Source: Monocercomonoides exilis PA203
Lineage: Eukaryota; Protista; Preaxostyla
NCBI GenBank assembly: GCA_001643675.2
Contig: LSRY02000047.1
Coordinates: forward strand, 310,001 to 374,000
Length of the DNA: 64,000 nt
Direction: 5' to 3'
Position numbers and translations under genes: made by a program
Shown here: piece by piece, positions 31,378 to 46,300 of the stretch
Numbering within the stretch: the first letter of the stretch is position 1
Layout: the number at the start of each line of letters is the position of its first letter
Notes under the pieces: model-generated
Databases searched by the model: none
Told to the model about the DNA's origin: nothing
Seen by the model: the letters and a program-made list of their open reading frames with translations, nothing else

Positions 31378-34300
31378 TCATTTTGAATCAGAATCTGAAT
31401 CTAATTCAGATTCTGAATCTGAGTTAAATGCATCCATCAAAGCAGTAGCACTTTCATTTGTGCTTAACATCTGCTTTTGAGCCTCTTTCATTTCACTCAC
31501 AAACTGCTGATTTGATGAAGAAATACATACAAAAGGAACAAACGAAGAATCATCGTGCACAGAAACCGTTTTGTGCTCATTGTCATCAACAGCCTCAGAA
31601 AACTCTTCCAGCATATTTTGAATGAATTCATTCCCACTGGAAGTCTCCTGCTTGAGCGCTTCAATCATCTCCACCATCTTCGGAAGTTTGTTTTCTGCTA
31701 AATTCCATGTTATCAATGCTTCTGAAAGAATAGCATCACAACAGTATTTGTATACGCTCGCTTTCTCTTCTTTGACGATGTTCGTGTTGCGCTCAACCCA
31801 ACTTGGAAGTAAACTCGTCAGCTGGCTGAGGAGAAAATGAGTACCTGTCTGTGAATCAACTAAATTGTGTGTGAGTTTTGAGAGTTTAGACGATACAAGC
31901 TTTGCAGAGAGGCTCATTTGTTCTGCATTAGAAGAAAGAGAAGAAGAATTCGTAGATGATTTAAGAAGCGAATCATCATCCTGTTTGAATAAAAGTGTAT
32001 CGTAAAACGGACTTGCTTGGTCAGATAGCGCATTGCGATTGAGAGAGACCGAGATTAATGGGAGAGAAGGAGTTATATGTTTAAGAGAAAGAGTTTGAAT
32101 TGATGATTGCAAAGACTGGCAAGATGAAACATTGTTGTCTTCCTTTTGAATTGAAGCAGATAGAAATTCTTGCTGATGAGAAAGATTTAGAGTGGAATAT
32201 AGATTAAGAACGCTGTTTGTGAAAGCAGTGGGATTAGAGGAAATTTTGGAAGGAGAAGACAGAGAAGTGGATGAAGAAGGCGACAATGCTTGAGACATTT
32301 GGATTGATGATGGTGAAGATAATGAGAAAGACTGTTTTCCTAGAGAATTTTGAGTATATTTTGTGTTTCTCCTTTCTTTTGAAGCTGCATTTGCAGCCGA
32401 ATCTAAATCGCTTCCCTCAACTTTGCCTTCGGTTTCCAGAATATTTGACAAAGAAAGATGAACATGCTTCAAATTTGCAGCTGTAAAGCTGACAGTCGCA
32501 AAGAATGCTCCAAAATTCGATAAAATACTGTTCATTTCGGTTGAGTCCTTTGGAGTGCTGTGAGAGAAAGAAGATAAATTGGATGTGTTTGTGTTTGTAG
32601 CTTCAGTCGCAGTTGGCATTTCTTGATTGCAAGAAAGGATAGAAGGCTTGCACTGTGCTGTAAGTTGCTCTAATATTTCAAGCAGGCTATCAAAAATATG
32701 TCTTTCATGCTGGGCAATTTCATTCGATGATTCCACATTAATTTTTGACGATTCCTCTTGAGTATGTTCTTCAAACGAAGCTGATCTCTGCGATTCGCTA
32801 ATGACCATATTAGAGTGTTTGATCTGTCCGAATTGTATTTTATCTTTCGTAAGTATATTTGAAGCCGAACTACTGATAGAATGGAAAAGTTTTACAATTT
32901 GTTCCATTGATTGATATAAAAGAGAAGTTAATGATGAAGCACGTGAAGATAAGATGGCTGAAACAACTGCCTTGAGAGATGATTCGACTGCACTGCATTC
33001 AATGTTTGTATCCTTCAAAATGGTGCTAAGCTTCATAAGATTATCTTTCATCTGCTTATCACCTTGCAGTTGCTGTCTTGATTGCTCTGTCATTTTGCTT
33101 TCTGGTGATGACAATGGTGATGCCAATGCAGATATGGAATTCTTTTGCGGAGTTTGAACTTGTGAATTGTTGTTTTGCTCTGTTGATGGGCTAGTTTGCT
33201 GTAAACTTCCGTTTTCTGTGTTTTCAATATCCAAATCTTTGATTTCTCCTCCTTCCTCTTTTGCCTTTTCCTCTTCTTCGATAAATTCCATCCTGATCAC
33301 ACCACCAGATGTTGCAAGTTCTTCACTCTTTTTAGCTTCACTCATTCTTCTCAACAGCCTGTCAAATTCTGTCAATAACACTCGTGCAGCACAAGTCAGT
33401 GGATAGATGCTGATGACTCTACGGTGCGTGAAAGTCCAGTTGTAGCAGATGAACATCACACGCTTTGCCAACTGAGCAAAACCAGAAAACAGATTGATTC
33501 GTTCAGTGTTAATTGAAAGTGGATGTTGAACGATCAAAAGCAAATAGTGAGCATATTCCGCGATTGAACGAAAAAGTGTAGAAAGAATGAGCTTTGGAAA
33601 TCTAATCTTCTGAAAGGCTGAATTTTTGTCTGAATATGAAAAAACAGGTTCAGTCTGCAAATTAAGTGGAGGTGGCTTGTGAGAGATTAACGAGCTTGCA
33701 CAAGATGCTCTTTCGAACTTTTCACAGTCCATTCCAGAAGCATTATTTTCGCTTTCAGTTTCAATGTGTTCAACAGATTCTTCATTTCCATCTTCATATT
33801 CATATTCATTATTTTCCTCAGTTTCATTTTGAGAATCGTCGGCATCTTCTTCAAAGCCCTTCAAGATCCACATGTTCCAATCATCTTCAAAGCATCTTGT
33901 GCAAAAGTATGCTTCAGCCTTTGAAAGACCTTTTGTAATTCTATTCTGCTGCATTTGCAATAGACTTCTCTGAGTAGAAAGTTGCTCGAATTGTTCTGAT
34001 TGCTCGAAAATCCGAGTGTGAAGTTCTTTGAATGTTTCAACCAGAAGCGTAATTGTGGAGACTGCTTCTGAGAGACGCAACGAGAGGAACAATGGCTGTC
34101 TTGTTGACGGAATAATTGAATTAACAGAAGCAAATGGGATAATGATGTCATGATTGAACTCTCCATTCTCCTTTGCTTTCTCTCCTTTTTTGCGGAGGAT
34201 GAAAAGGCATCGCTGGATTGAACCGTCGAGTAGATCGCATATTTCTGCAAAGTTAGAAAGAGAAGATAAAAATGCTGTTGGATCAACTCGAAAAACTTTT

Positions 34301-37300
34301 TGCAACTCAGCATCTTCATTGTATTGTGAATCCTCGGTAATACCATCAATTTCTTCGCTTTCTTTCGTTTCGTTTCTTTTTGATTGATCTTCACCAAATA
34401 TGAATTTATTGAGTGGAGTTGTGTTAATTGAAGGGTTGTTCAAGCAATGGCAAGCTTGTTCAAGTGCATTTTTCGCTTTTAATAGCTCTTCAAGGCAATT
34501 TGTGTATGTCAAACTTGATAGCGAAGAATAATTAGTCATTGCAACATTAATTTTTGAAGCACTATTTGCAAATGCTTCGCACAAAGTGACGCAATTGACT
34601 ATTGTTGAATCTAACAAAGAAGAATACTCACAAGCAATGTTTGAAAGAGCAAATAGAAGATAGAATTCCATATATTCGCTATCAAATAAGGCATTGAGTC
34701 CACAATTTGAAGGATATTTTGCTGGTGGTTGTGTCGAATGTTCGATAAACAAATGACTGAAAAATATATGTTCCTCTGTTCCACAAACAAATGCATTTGG
34801 CATTCGAATAAATGACTTTTGCATTTCCATTTCTTTTGAATAGTTTTTGTGCAATTCTTCAGTATTTTCTGAATCAATTGATCTGCTTTGTGCTTCATCA
34901 GTTATTTGAAGGCACAACATACTTGCAAATAACATCTTCTGCTTTGTTGTTGCAAACGAATCAGATGATTTTTCGAACTCCATTCCTGAATTTTCAAGTA
35001 AGCTATTCATCATCTTCATCAGCAATGTGCAATAATCAACAGAACGTTTTGCCGAGAGATCCATTTGCATCTGAGAGAATGTCTCCACACTTCCATCAAT
35101 ATCTTCCAAGGTATCATCAAATGTTGAGTCAAATCGTGAATTTGATGCTTCATGCATCTGCTGATTTACAAATTCACCTTCTTTTACTCGACTTAGTTCA
35201 TTTTTTGATGTTCTTCTTATCATTTGTTGATCCTTAAATATTACGAAAAGTTCACTTTTGCTGTTCATTTGAGTCAAACTTTGTGTCTTTCCAAAGCAGC
35301 ATTCCAACATCTTCTGTGCCCAAATTTGGTAAACTTCTAATTGAACATATTTTGTTCTGTTATTCAAGATATTGTCAATAATGTCTCTTGAACAAGAAGT
35401 GAATCTGCTTTGAAGATCTGCCAGTGCCTTAATTTTTGCATTCCATTCACTTTTAATTTGAATGTTTAATTGTTCAGCTTGTCGGACATCTTCGGCATTG
35501 CTCGTAAAGTCACGCAATTCCACAACAGATGAATAAAACTTCATTAATGGATCATAACGAACGAATTGTGTTTGGTAGAATAAAATAGCAGTAAAGCATT
35601 GCATAACAATTTGATCAATTTGAATCTTGCCATTCAGTATATTTTCATTACAGTTTTCACTATCAGGATTTGTGTTATCATTTTCTTCTTCGCTGAATCT
35701 TCTATAATGCAGTTTATTCTTTTCAATTTGCTGATTCGAAAGATTCTTCATCTGATTTTCATCTTTTTCTTTTTGAACTTTCAAATATTCTTTATATGCA
35801 GCCTCCACTTTGTCCACTGTTCCTTTTGCACTCTCCAAAAACTGCAACAGAAAAGATGCTATTCCCATCAGAATCTCCATATTACTCATCTCTCTCAACT
35901 GTCTGTGTGCAGATGGTGATATTTCTTGCATCACAGCAACCGAGTTAAGCTCAGCTCGCTTCAGCTGTTTCTGACTCTGAGTGCACATTTCGATAAGAGC
36001 AATGGTTTGCTCAGGCGATGCTGCTGTTGAGTTCAAGAAAGAAGATGACACATCTCTTTCAGTCCCTTCTATTCCTGTTGTTGAATCCAGCTGTGAATTA
36101 GGGTTATCTGAAGATATAGACAATGATAATTCCTGTGAACTATCAGTTGTACATAAACGAGACGACAAATAAATTTGCTTTTCAGAAGCTAAAACTGAAT
36201 GAAGCGGTGGTGAAACAGAAAAGAAGGGAAGAAGAATTGATATCTGATTGTTGCTGATCGCAGATTTTTGTGCAAGAGAGCAAAACATCTGAATCGTTTT
36301 CTCGATATCACCTCCATTTGTTGAGTGATTAAACTTATCAGAAGAAGCATCAAACATATTACTGAGTGCTGCAAACGAACGTATGTTTGCTTTTGTAATC
36401 TGGGGAAAGTCTGGTGAAGAAGTTAGTCCGTCGATCTGTTTCTCTTCATCGTTTATCTGAATTCGAACTGGCAATTTATGCACTGCAGATTCGAATGAAA
36501 CAGATATTTCTTTCGATTCGTCATTTATTAGTCCTGCAAGCTCAAACATGTTACTATAGAATGTTGAGACAGCACTTGCAGATGTTGGGAAGAGTATGTT
36601 ACGTAAAGCCAGTTCTGGAGCAGTCATTAACTGCTTTTCCTTCTCATAAAGAGCATCAGTTGAAGCGAAAAGAGAAGGATTGAAAAAGAAGTCGAATAGA
36701 AATGAAACAACAGAATTTACAGTGACATTCAGTTGAGAATGTGTTTGCGCTTGTGTTTTGTTGGAAATTTCAGCAACATCATTTGCGTCATTGTTAGGAT
36801 TTCGCAGGTATAGCAGCGTTTCGATCGTCTTTTCCTTTTTTAAATCTTTCAATTGTGATTTCAATTTTGATCTTAATTTCTTCACAATTTTTTCCTTTTG
36901 AGTTGTTTGTTCAATCTTTGAATAATTCTCTTCCTTTCGCATTTCATTCAACTCGTTTGCGTTTTCATTCATTTTCCTCAAAAATAGAAGCAAATCTTCA
37001 GCAGACTTTGTTTGAGCAGTTGATTCATCGAACTTCTTCTGCTTTATTGCATTCAACAAGAATAACATTCGTTGAATGAATGCATTGAATGACTCGATTC
37101 GTGGAGCAATCATTGATGCATACTGTGGAAGGCTTAGTGTTGGAGAAGAAGATGTTTGAAAAGAGGGCAGATAAGACTTTACAGATCGTAATTTGACCGA
37201 ATTCGTTTCAGAATATAACCTTTTTGTGTGTTCGTAGCTGGATTTTTCATCTAAATTGTCGCACATCTCCTCCGTTGAAGTTGGAATTGTGTAAATTGTT

Positions 37301-40300
37301 GAAAGTTTGTTGTTCAATAGCTTGAGGAACATTCTAATAACCTGCTGATGAAGCGCATTGGGATACAAACAAAGAGGGAGATGTGTTATAGCTGCAACAG
37401 ATTCCGATGAAAAAGAAGAAGGAGAGCTCAAAGCCATTGTCACTTCCCATTCTTGTTGCGAGTAATTCGTTTTCTGACAGTCGTCAAGATGGCTCTGCAA
37501 TATGAATTCCGCATCTTCGATTGTGCGCTCTGCAATGTTCAAAACTGTGTTTCTGAGCATCTCACTTACTATGTCATGATCAACGCTTTGGAGCAAATGA
37601 AGCAGATGCTGCGAGATTTGAATGAATTGCTCGCAAAGATTGTTCCATTTGTCGATGAGTGAAGAAATGTGGGAGTGATCTCTGATTGAAAATGACGGTT
37701 GCTGAGAAAGTTCATCAATTTGTGACGAATCTGTGTTCATCGAGCTATCTAACAGCGTCAATTCTGCTCCTTCTCCATCCATTTCCCTATTCAGCACAGT
37801 TTCCTTGTTCCTCTTCTCATTTGCAATCTCTTCCTTTTGACTTAGCAAACTTTCTCTCTCAAATTCTTCATGCAACTTCAATTCCTCTTCTGTCCACACA
37901 TCCATCTCGCTCAGTTGAGCAATCGCATTTTTAATGTTGATGCTTGCATCACGGAAAGTGGTTACATGCAGAAGCAGAATTTGAGACAAAGATGTTCGTT
38001 GTGAAAGAGGAGATGCTGTTCTGGTCTTTATCTTTGTAGAATTCGAAAGTGATGAATTGCCTTTGGATAAATCTGACATCATCTTTTCCGCAAAATATTC
38101 ATTTTCACTTGATTTTTGTTCGTCTTCTTTAACTTCATCTTCACCTTCATCTTCAACAATGCCACTTGCAACTGCATCTGCTTCTTCTTTCGACACTTTC
38201 ATTGCTTCAATCAGCTCCTCAATCACTTCACTCGTCCCTTCGCACACATCTTCCATTGCATCCACTCTTTTCAGCACATCTTCCATTTTCTCCTGTTTTG
38301 CAACAAGTTCATCAGTCAATTTGTCTTTGCTGTCTGAAAAGAGAAACCAATATGAATATACACAGGAAAAGAAACTGGACGGTGGATAGCTGAATTCTCC
38401 ATAGTCCTCTTCGTCTTCTTCGTCTTCATCACCTTCATCTGTAAATTCTTCCTTTTCTTCCCTTTTTCTTTCCGAATAAATGGATCGAATGCTATTCAAA
38501 CCTGAACCATTCTCAAAACTTCTTCTTGTTGTAATTTCACTGTTTTGTAATTCAAGTTTGCTTTTATCATATAGTCCTAATTTGATATCTGAATAATCTT
38601 GATTCATTGAATTTATATTTGACATTGCCAAATCTTCCATTTCTCCTTTTGTTTGCTGCTCTTTTTCATCTTTTTCATTTTCTCCTCTTTCTTTTCTCTG
38701 CTCAATTGCATCGAGAAGCATTTGCAAAGAACATCCTCTCTTGAACATGTTTTCTTCTTCTTCTGCGCATTCAGCCAGAAGATTGTTCCAACCACTCTGT
38801 GTTTGTGAATCAACTCCAGCAATAAACAGCAAATGCCACTTGTAACACCAGAAAAGAAGTTGAAGCGAATGAACAACAAGAAGATCACGAGGATAGTTGT
38901 GTTTTGGTGAAGATGTCGACGAAGAAGAAGCAAATGATTGAGAAGTCAAAGCAGATGCAACAGAAGCGGAGGATTCATTTAATGAAGGACTTATTCCTGT
39001 TGATGAAAATGTTGAAAACGAAGAGAGCATATCATTCGAAGGCAATCCATCTTCATTGCTTCTCCTTCCTTTCTTCTTCATCTTCTTTGCTTCTGCTGCT
39101 TCTTTTGTCAACAGATCAACTGCCACATAAAGCTGCGGATGTATGACTTGTTGATCGGTTCGTGCCATTTGCTCTTTCAGCTCTTCCTCCAACTTCTTTT
39201 GCGTCTCAAGCAGAATACACTGAAGCGACCACACATCGCTCAAAAGAGATTTCACCTCACTGACAGTTGTTTGAATTATCCTCAATTGTCCTGGTGATTG
39301 ACTGGGAGAAGGAGTTTGCTTGCTATTTTGGTTATTATGTTGGAGGGAAAACTCTGAAGATGATGATATTTCCGCGATTTCTACTAAAAGAGTGCTCGAA
39401 TTACACCAAATATCTCTCAATTTTTGTTGATTTTCTGCGATTGTTGAAAGGCAGTCAGGAATATAGTGTCCGTTGCGAACGATTGTTGAAGCGATGCTGA
39501 AAGGTGACATGGAAAGCACAGGAGAAGGAGCAGGAGAAATTGATGGAGAAGCAGAGGAAGATCGAACAGAAGCAGAAAACGTTGTTGCGGCTGATGCTGA
39601 TAGTGAAATAGGAATGTGTGTGTTCGTTTCCAAGAATTCGTCCAGAGACTTCCGAACACTTTCAAATGAATTCTTTAAAAGGCCAGCTCGTTTAGAAATA
39701 TCAGAGATATCAGATTTTGATATCTGTGAAGCGTCTGATGGTGAAGATGAAGAAGGAGAAAGCGATAAGATTGAGACTTTCGATTCAAACAACGTTGAGT
39801 TATTAGGGCTGTTTTTCTTTTCCATTCTACTTCGGTTTGCTTCAGATTTAGTTGCCTTTTTGCTTTGAAGAAGATGCTCCAGATATCTTTTTTGTGCAGT
39901 TTGCGTTTGGTCAAAGAACTCGCGCAAGTCGTCCATGAGCAACGAAGATATCACTTCCTGACACAAACCACAATCGCATTTTTCAGTTTCCATATCAAAA
40001 CTTTCATTGTTTTCATCTTCTTTTTCAATGGTTTCTTCACTCTCATCCGAAGAATTCATCGAATTGCTTGCTAATAATTCGTTTTGTTCGTCATCTTTCT
40101 CAACTTCTGTCGAATCTATTAAACTTGTTGCTTTTGTTTCTTTACTTTTCTGTTTATCAAAGCACTCATCTGAACACATTGCATTGCATCTTCCTTGAAT
40201 TGACGACTCAAGATGTTCGAGTGTGTTTATCTCCAATTTTATCATCTGGTTCCTTTTTGTTATTTGCTGAAGGCACATTTTCACTGCCTCATCAACTCCA

Positions 40301-43300
40301 TCAGCATCTGCTTCTTCTTTGTTTTCATCTTCCTCTCTTTCATTTTCACTCTGCAAACTCTCAAAAGATGCTTCCATGTCTGCTTCTCCATTTTTGTTCT
40401 TTTTCCCCTCTGTCAAATTCTCTGTGTCATCTTGCTGCTCATTCGGAATAATTCTGCAGTTGCATCGTGCCTCTTCTGCAGAACGGAGTAAATAATACAA
40501 ATTCTTCTGATACGAAGAAAGCGATGCGAAAAGTATATCAACTGAAGACTGACTTGATGACGATAGTGAAATTTCCAGGGAAGACGCCGAAGAGGCAGAA
40601 GAAGATGAGGAAGCTGATGAATTTCGTTTATGGTTGGCTGCGTTATCAAAATCAGATTGAAGTAATGGTGTGAAGCTTTGCTGCGGAATAGGGCTTCCAT
40701 TTTTATTCTGCTCCTTTTCTTCCTTCTCACATTCTTCTTCATTCATCGCTTGTATCTCGTTTTTGTTTTCTTCTTCGTCTTTTTCTGAATCGTTTCTTTT
40801 TATTTCTCTTAACATATCATCGGCTTCTTCTCCATCTTCGTTTTCTTCCTCGTCATATTCTTCTTTATTGCCTTTCGAATGAATTCTCATTCCTGATTCT
40901 TGATTGTTTTCTTTGTTTCTGTTGAAATGTCGATTGTATTCATCATCATCTTCATCCTCATCTGCCTCTTCGATGCCTTCGTCAGCATCCTCCGAATCAT
41001 CATTTCCGTCTGCAAAGACAAACAGAGTATGTTCTGTGTGTTTCCTCATTTGAGACTGCAAATAAGCAACAAATGAATCGATTGCACGAATAACATAAGG
41101 GAGCAGCGGATGTGGTGGTATAACTGATGCATTCACAGCAGAAAGCAGTGGGGCATTAAGCGACGATCGGGCAGAAGAAGATGAAAATATCGTTGAAGTG
41201 GACGATTTCAATGTTGTAACTCTCAATTCCTTTGGAAGTTGGATGTGATCTTTTGCGTTTGAAGGATAATTTCTTTGATTTGACTGCGTTTGTAGCAAAG
41301 CATCTTTCAACTTTTGCAAAAACGACAAGAGAAGCTTGAGTGTTTTGTCATCCATCATTGAAACAGCAGAAATATGTTTCATTTCAGTTGAAGGAAACAG
41401 CAAGTTGTGTAAAGATTTTGAAAATCCGGTTAACAAAATAGAAGAAGCAACAGATTCAAATCCCAAGATCTCATCATTGTTGTTTTCTGCTTTTTCGTGA
41501 TTGTTATGAAGATTTAAATCTGCAGCTGCATCTTTTTCATCAGCGCATCTTTCCTTCAACCACTTCACTTGCTGCACAAACTGAGGAGGGCACGTAAATC
41601 TGCTAGCGAAGTTCGAAAGAAAAGCAATCGCTTCAATGACTGTAATGTGCTGCCATTTTGTTTGGTTCATATTGGATGGTATGTGAGACAGAATTAAAGG
41701 TGAAAGTTTCAATGTCAGTGAAGATAGCGTTGTAAACTCTTGTTGAATAGTCAGAAGAGCTGGAGGAGAATGCAATGGCAAAGGAATGTCCGTTGGTTGC
41801 TCTTCTGGAATTGCCTGTGAAAATGAAGAAGTCATCTTCAAATAAGACGGAGGCGCAAAGTTGTTGACTGGTTCGTATGGATTTGAAGAAGGTGCAGAAG
41901 AAGAAGTGTATCTCTGGTTATCATCACTTCCATTTGATGCTCCATAAATGTGTTGTGACGCATGCTCCATCATGTTTGTAAGAGCCTCATCGTATGCTCC
42001 GCAGCTAAAAGAGTTTGAGTATGAACCATTTTTCTTGTTTTGTTCGTTCAGAAGCTGAGACGGAGAAGAAGAAGAAGAAAGTGGTGAAAGGGTTGCATTC
42101 TGCAATGGAGACGGATTTTCAGTGCTTGATTGAAACATATCAGAGATCTGTGGCGAACTGGCAAATTCTTCATTGTTTTCATATTGGTCGCAACTGTCAG
42201 ACAACTGCAAAGATTCTTGAATATCAGAAGATTGCAACGAAGCAGAAGAAGAAGAAGAATCCAAATGTGACTGAAAATGTTGAACGAAACGCATGACGTT
42301 TTTCACCAAGACGAGAAACTCGGAAGCAATCGGATATACAGCTTGTAGATAAGTCACTTTTGAGCACAAAGAAATAAACATTTCTTTATCATCGTTTTCA
42401 TCGCATTGGTGTTCAAAATTGTCAAAATAACCTTCTGTCGAAGAGTGCAATGCATCATTCTGTTGATTAGTGTTTGAAATATCAATTTCTGAATATTTAA
42501 GTGAATCTCTTTGTTTAGATGTAATTTTAAGTTCTGAAAAGCCTGATGCCATATATTGATTCAATGATTTTGTACCTTCTGATTGCTTCATCTGAAATTC
42601 TCCTTTTTGTTCGTTGCTCCTTTCTCTCGTTTTGTATTTCTCCCAAAAGAACAGAAGCTTATTGTAAGTATCACACACCTCAGAACAATAGCTTGTAATG
42701 AACTGTGCAACTGGCTGAATAAAGCGAGATATCAATATTTCAACTCCTCTCAGTTCATCCTCAAGAATTGCCTTCCATTTAATGAGAGACGGAAGTCTTT
42801 GTCTCATCTCCACATTTGCAGAATGACTACTTTCAGATTCTTCACTTGCTCTGTCTGATTGTTTTTTCCTAAACCCTCCGCTTTGCTTTTCTTTTGCTTC
42901 TTCATCATTCATTTCTTCTGACTCACTTGCATTTGTCAGAACAGCTTCCCACATCCTCATCTTCTCCTCAAGTGAATTGAGCAGATGAAACATTGCGTTT
43001 GCTTCTCCAGACACCTCTTCATACTTCTTCCACTCGTTTGCACTTTCGATTCTGTTCCTCTCCTCCAAAAACTGAATGCATTGGGCATTTGCTGTTGATG
43101 CTATTTGCTTCAGTTCTGAAAGGACTGCTTGAGAATGGGAAAGGAATGTGTTGAAAGAAGTGAAAGATTGAGTAATTGCAGGATGGGTCATAATTTTTGG
43201 TTCAAAATGCAGTAAGCAATTTGAAGAAGAAGCGGATTGCGTTGAATCATTTTCCGTGCAGCAGGTTTCTTTCAAAGAAGAACTTCTTTTCTCATCATTG

Positions 43301-46300
43301 TTATCAATATTCGAATTTGAGAGCTTTAATGAATCTCCAATTTGCTTCATAAATTTGCATCTTGAGTCCCATTCTTGTTCAGAGCCATCAACTGATTCAT
43401 CCTTTTGATGCTGGCAGACACAAAGAATAAGCGGAGTTTTTGCTAATTCTGAATGAAAAGCGCTGAATTGCGAGAGGCAAAAGGCACATAATTTGGATGT
43501 CATCGAACTGTCGATCTCCTGCCATTGAAGAAGAGTTCCTTTCAAAGAAGAAAGAAGAGGAATGAACGGCGACACTTTCAAAGGTGCTTCAACAGATTGC
43601 GTTGCAAATGACGATGAGTCTGTTGGAGTATAAGATGCTGTTTGAATTGCCTTCTGACTGTCTGAATTTCCTGAGATCATTCGCACAACGTGCTCCACAT
43701 CAACATCTGCTGGGTGTGAAAGAAGAGAAAGCAGTCTCGAACTCACAATGCTTTTTTGGGTTTGGTCTGAAATCTGTGAGTTGAGCAGTTCTGATGCAAA
43801 AGAAGACAGCAATGGAGATGAAAAAGATGGTTGGACTGCAAACACATCAGACATGGACTGCAAAATGGAGTCTTTGATTGAAAAAAGCGAAGAAGAATAT
43901 TCCTGAGAAGGTGATAACAAAAATGTATTGCTTGTTGATGAGGATGATATTGAACGGCTATTTGCATGTTGACGCTTGCTTTTCATGTTTTTGTTCTGTT
44001 TGTAAATGTTTGTATCAACAAGAATTAGCAACGTCAGTGATTTTGTGAGTCGCTTTGTTGCAATTTCAATTATTTTCTCTATTTTTTCAAGAATTTCGCA
44101 ATTTTTATCCTCTCCTTCTTGGATCGCTTCTTTCAATGTTTTCAACACAGCAGATATAATAAGCTGCTTTTTCAAAAGGATGTCGCATTGGGCTCTCCAC
44201 ATCTCTACATCTGATTGATTTCTAAATGCTGTTAAATCCTCAGATCGCAATTTTGATTGAAAAGCAGTTGTTTGTTGTGTTCCCTCATTTGACTGCAAAA
44301 GAAGATCTTGAATTGAATCAGCAAGGATAATCAACTGTTTCTGTGGAAGATGAACACTTTGATTATTCGATGCAGTTGAATGATGTTCTTCTGAAGCATC
44401 TTTCTGTTCTGCAGGATCAAAATCTTTGGATGTCTCATTTTCATTAATCATATGCATTTCATCCTCATTATTATATGCTTCTGTGTGAAACAAGTCAGAT
44501 GAATTATTTTGCTCAAAAGTATTAGTCACTACAGAGATTTTGCCTGCATTGTCCAAAAACACACCCAGAAAAGAAGTCTGAGCAAAGAATTCTTTGGCTG
44601 CACTAATCCAATTCGGGATAGCGCTGCACAAAAAGTCCACAAATAAGCGATTTGGATGTAATTCATAAGGATATGGCGAAGAATGTTCATCTGAACAAAG
44701 TGGCTTAGAATCATTGGTCTCATTGAACTTATCATCACTTGAATATTCTTCCATGTTATTTCCTTCTTTTTCTATTTCATTCCCATCAATCTCCTCAATC
44801 TCCATCCTCTTTCTGCTTTTAATCTCATTTCCAATTGTTCTCTTCTGTTCATCATAAAACAGCTCAGCCACTTCATCCAGCAATCTTCCTGCTGCCTTCC
44901 ATCTGTTCTTCCTTTCGATTGCCAATGAGCTCACAGAAAATGACAGCGGAGACTCAACACACAGCCTGAAAAGAGGTGTTTGGTGCATCGTGAGGAAGAG
45001 AAGAGAAGAGTTGAGATCGTTCAAACGAGAGAGAATTGGAGAAGCACAACAGCTTGACGATGTTTGCACAAGTTCTGAATGAAACTGAGAAGATGAAATT
45101 TTATCGCTTTCTTCATTCAGCTGTCTCTTTGCTAAGTCTAATTGTGCTTTGGCAAAGGCAAAACATTCGTCAAAAGACATTTTTCTACCAAATTCCGACT
45201 CGATTTGCGTCTGAAGGTTTCGCCTTTTTTCGTCGTTGATTCTGTTTTCGTATTCAGCCACCATCGTCTTCAGCACAATTTTCTCATCTTCTTCCATATC
45301 GCTCATGTTATCTTCGCTGCTGTCGCTTAAATATTCCTCTTGTTCTTCTCCATTTCTGTTCAAAAGCTGTTCGTTGTTCATTTCATTGTATTGTTGGTTA
45401 ACATTTTGAGGTGATGTTATATCAGAAGCATTTGCTTGTGAATTATGCAATTCAGAATTGTTCTCTTCTTGTTTTGAATGCTTGTGAGTCTTTCTTGAAG
45501 AAGAAGAAGATGATGATGATGAAATATTGCTTGCTAACCCTTCTCCTTCAATTGGATGCAACTGGCATCTTGTCACATCAATAAGCGCAACGATAATTGC
45601 AATGAAATTGAATGAAAGAACGAGAAGAATGTGAAGAAGTTGTGTTTGGAATGGGTTTGTCATGGGATACAGATATTTCATACTGTATGAATGGCTCATT
45701 GAAATAGAAGAAGAAGCAGAAGAAGCAGAAGCAGATGAGACAGATTGTGAAAATACCAAGGAAAATGGAAGCAAATCAAGCATTTCATCGAGTTGATCAC
45801 TGAAATTCTGTCTGAATTTTGAGGGTGATAATCTTTCTTTTTCTTCTTCTTCTTCTTCTTCATTTTGATGTTGAAGTTCATCTTTTGAAGCATAAGTCCA
45901 ATCGAAACAATCAGCTCCTTCCTTCACAAAATCTTCATTGCATCTTTCTTTCTCTTCCATTCCCACTTTGCCAAACATTTTCATTTCCTTCATCATCTTC
46001 TCTTTTTGTTCGTTCAACACACAATCCAACGGAGTTAGTTTGTTCCTCTGTGAAAAAAGCACATCCAAAAACTGTCCAACTGCCTTGGAATGCACATAAG
46101 ATGAAAGAGACTCATCGAGTGAAGGGAAATCGGGTTCGGAAACAGAAAGAAAAGAAGAAGAAGAAGAAGAAGATGTTGAATTAGAAGATGTTGATAATGA
46201 TGAATTTTGATTAAAACTCGAAGTATTTTGCACATTCTCATTGAAAGTGGCTGGATTTCCCCAGAGCGGAGAGGAAGATGCCTTTAAATCAGCATCTTTT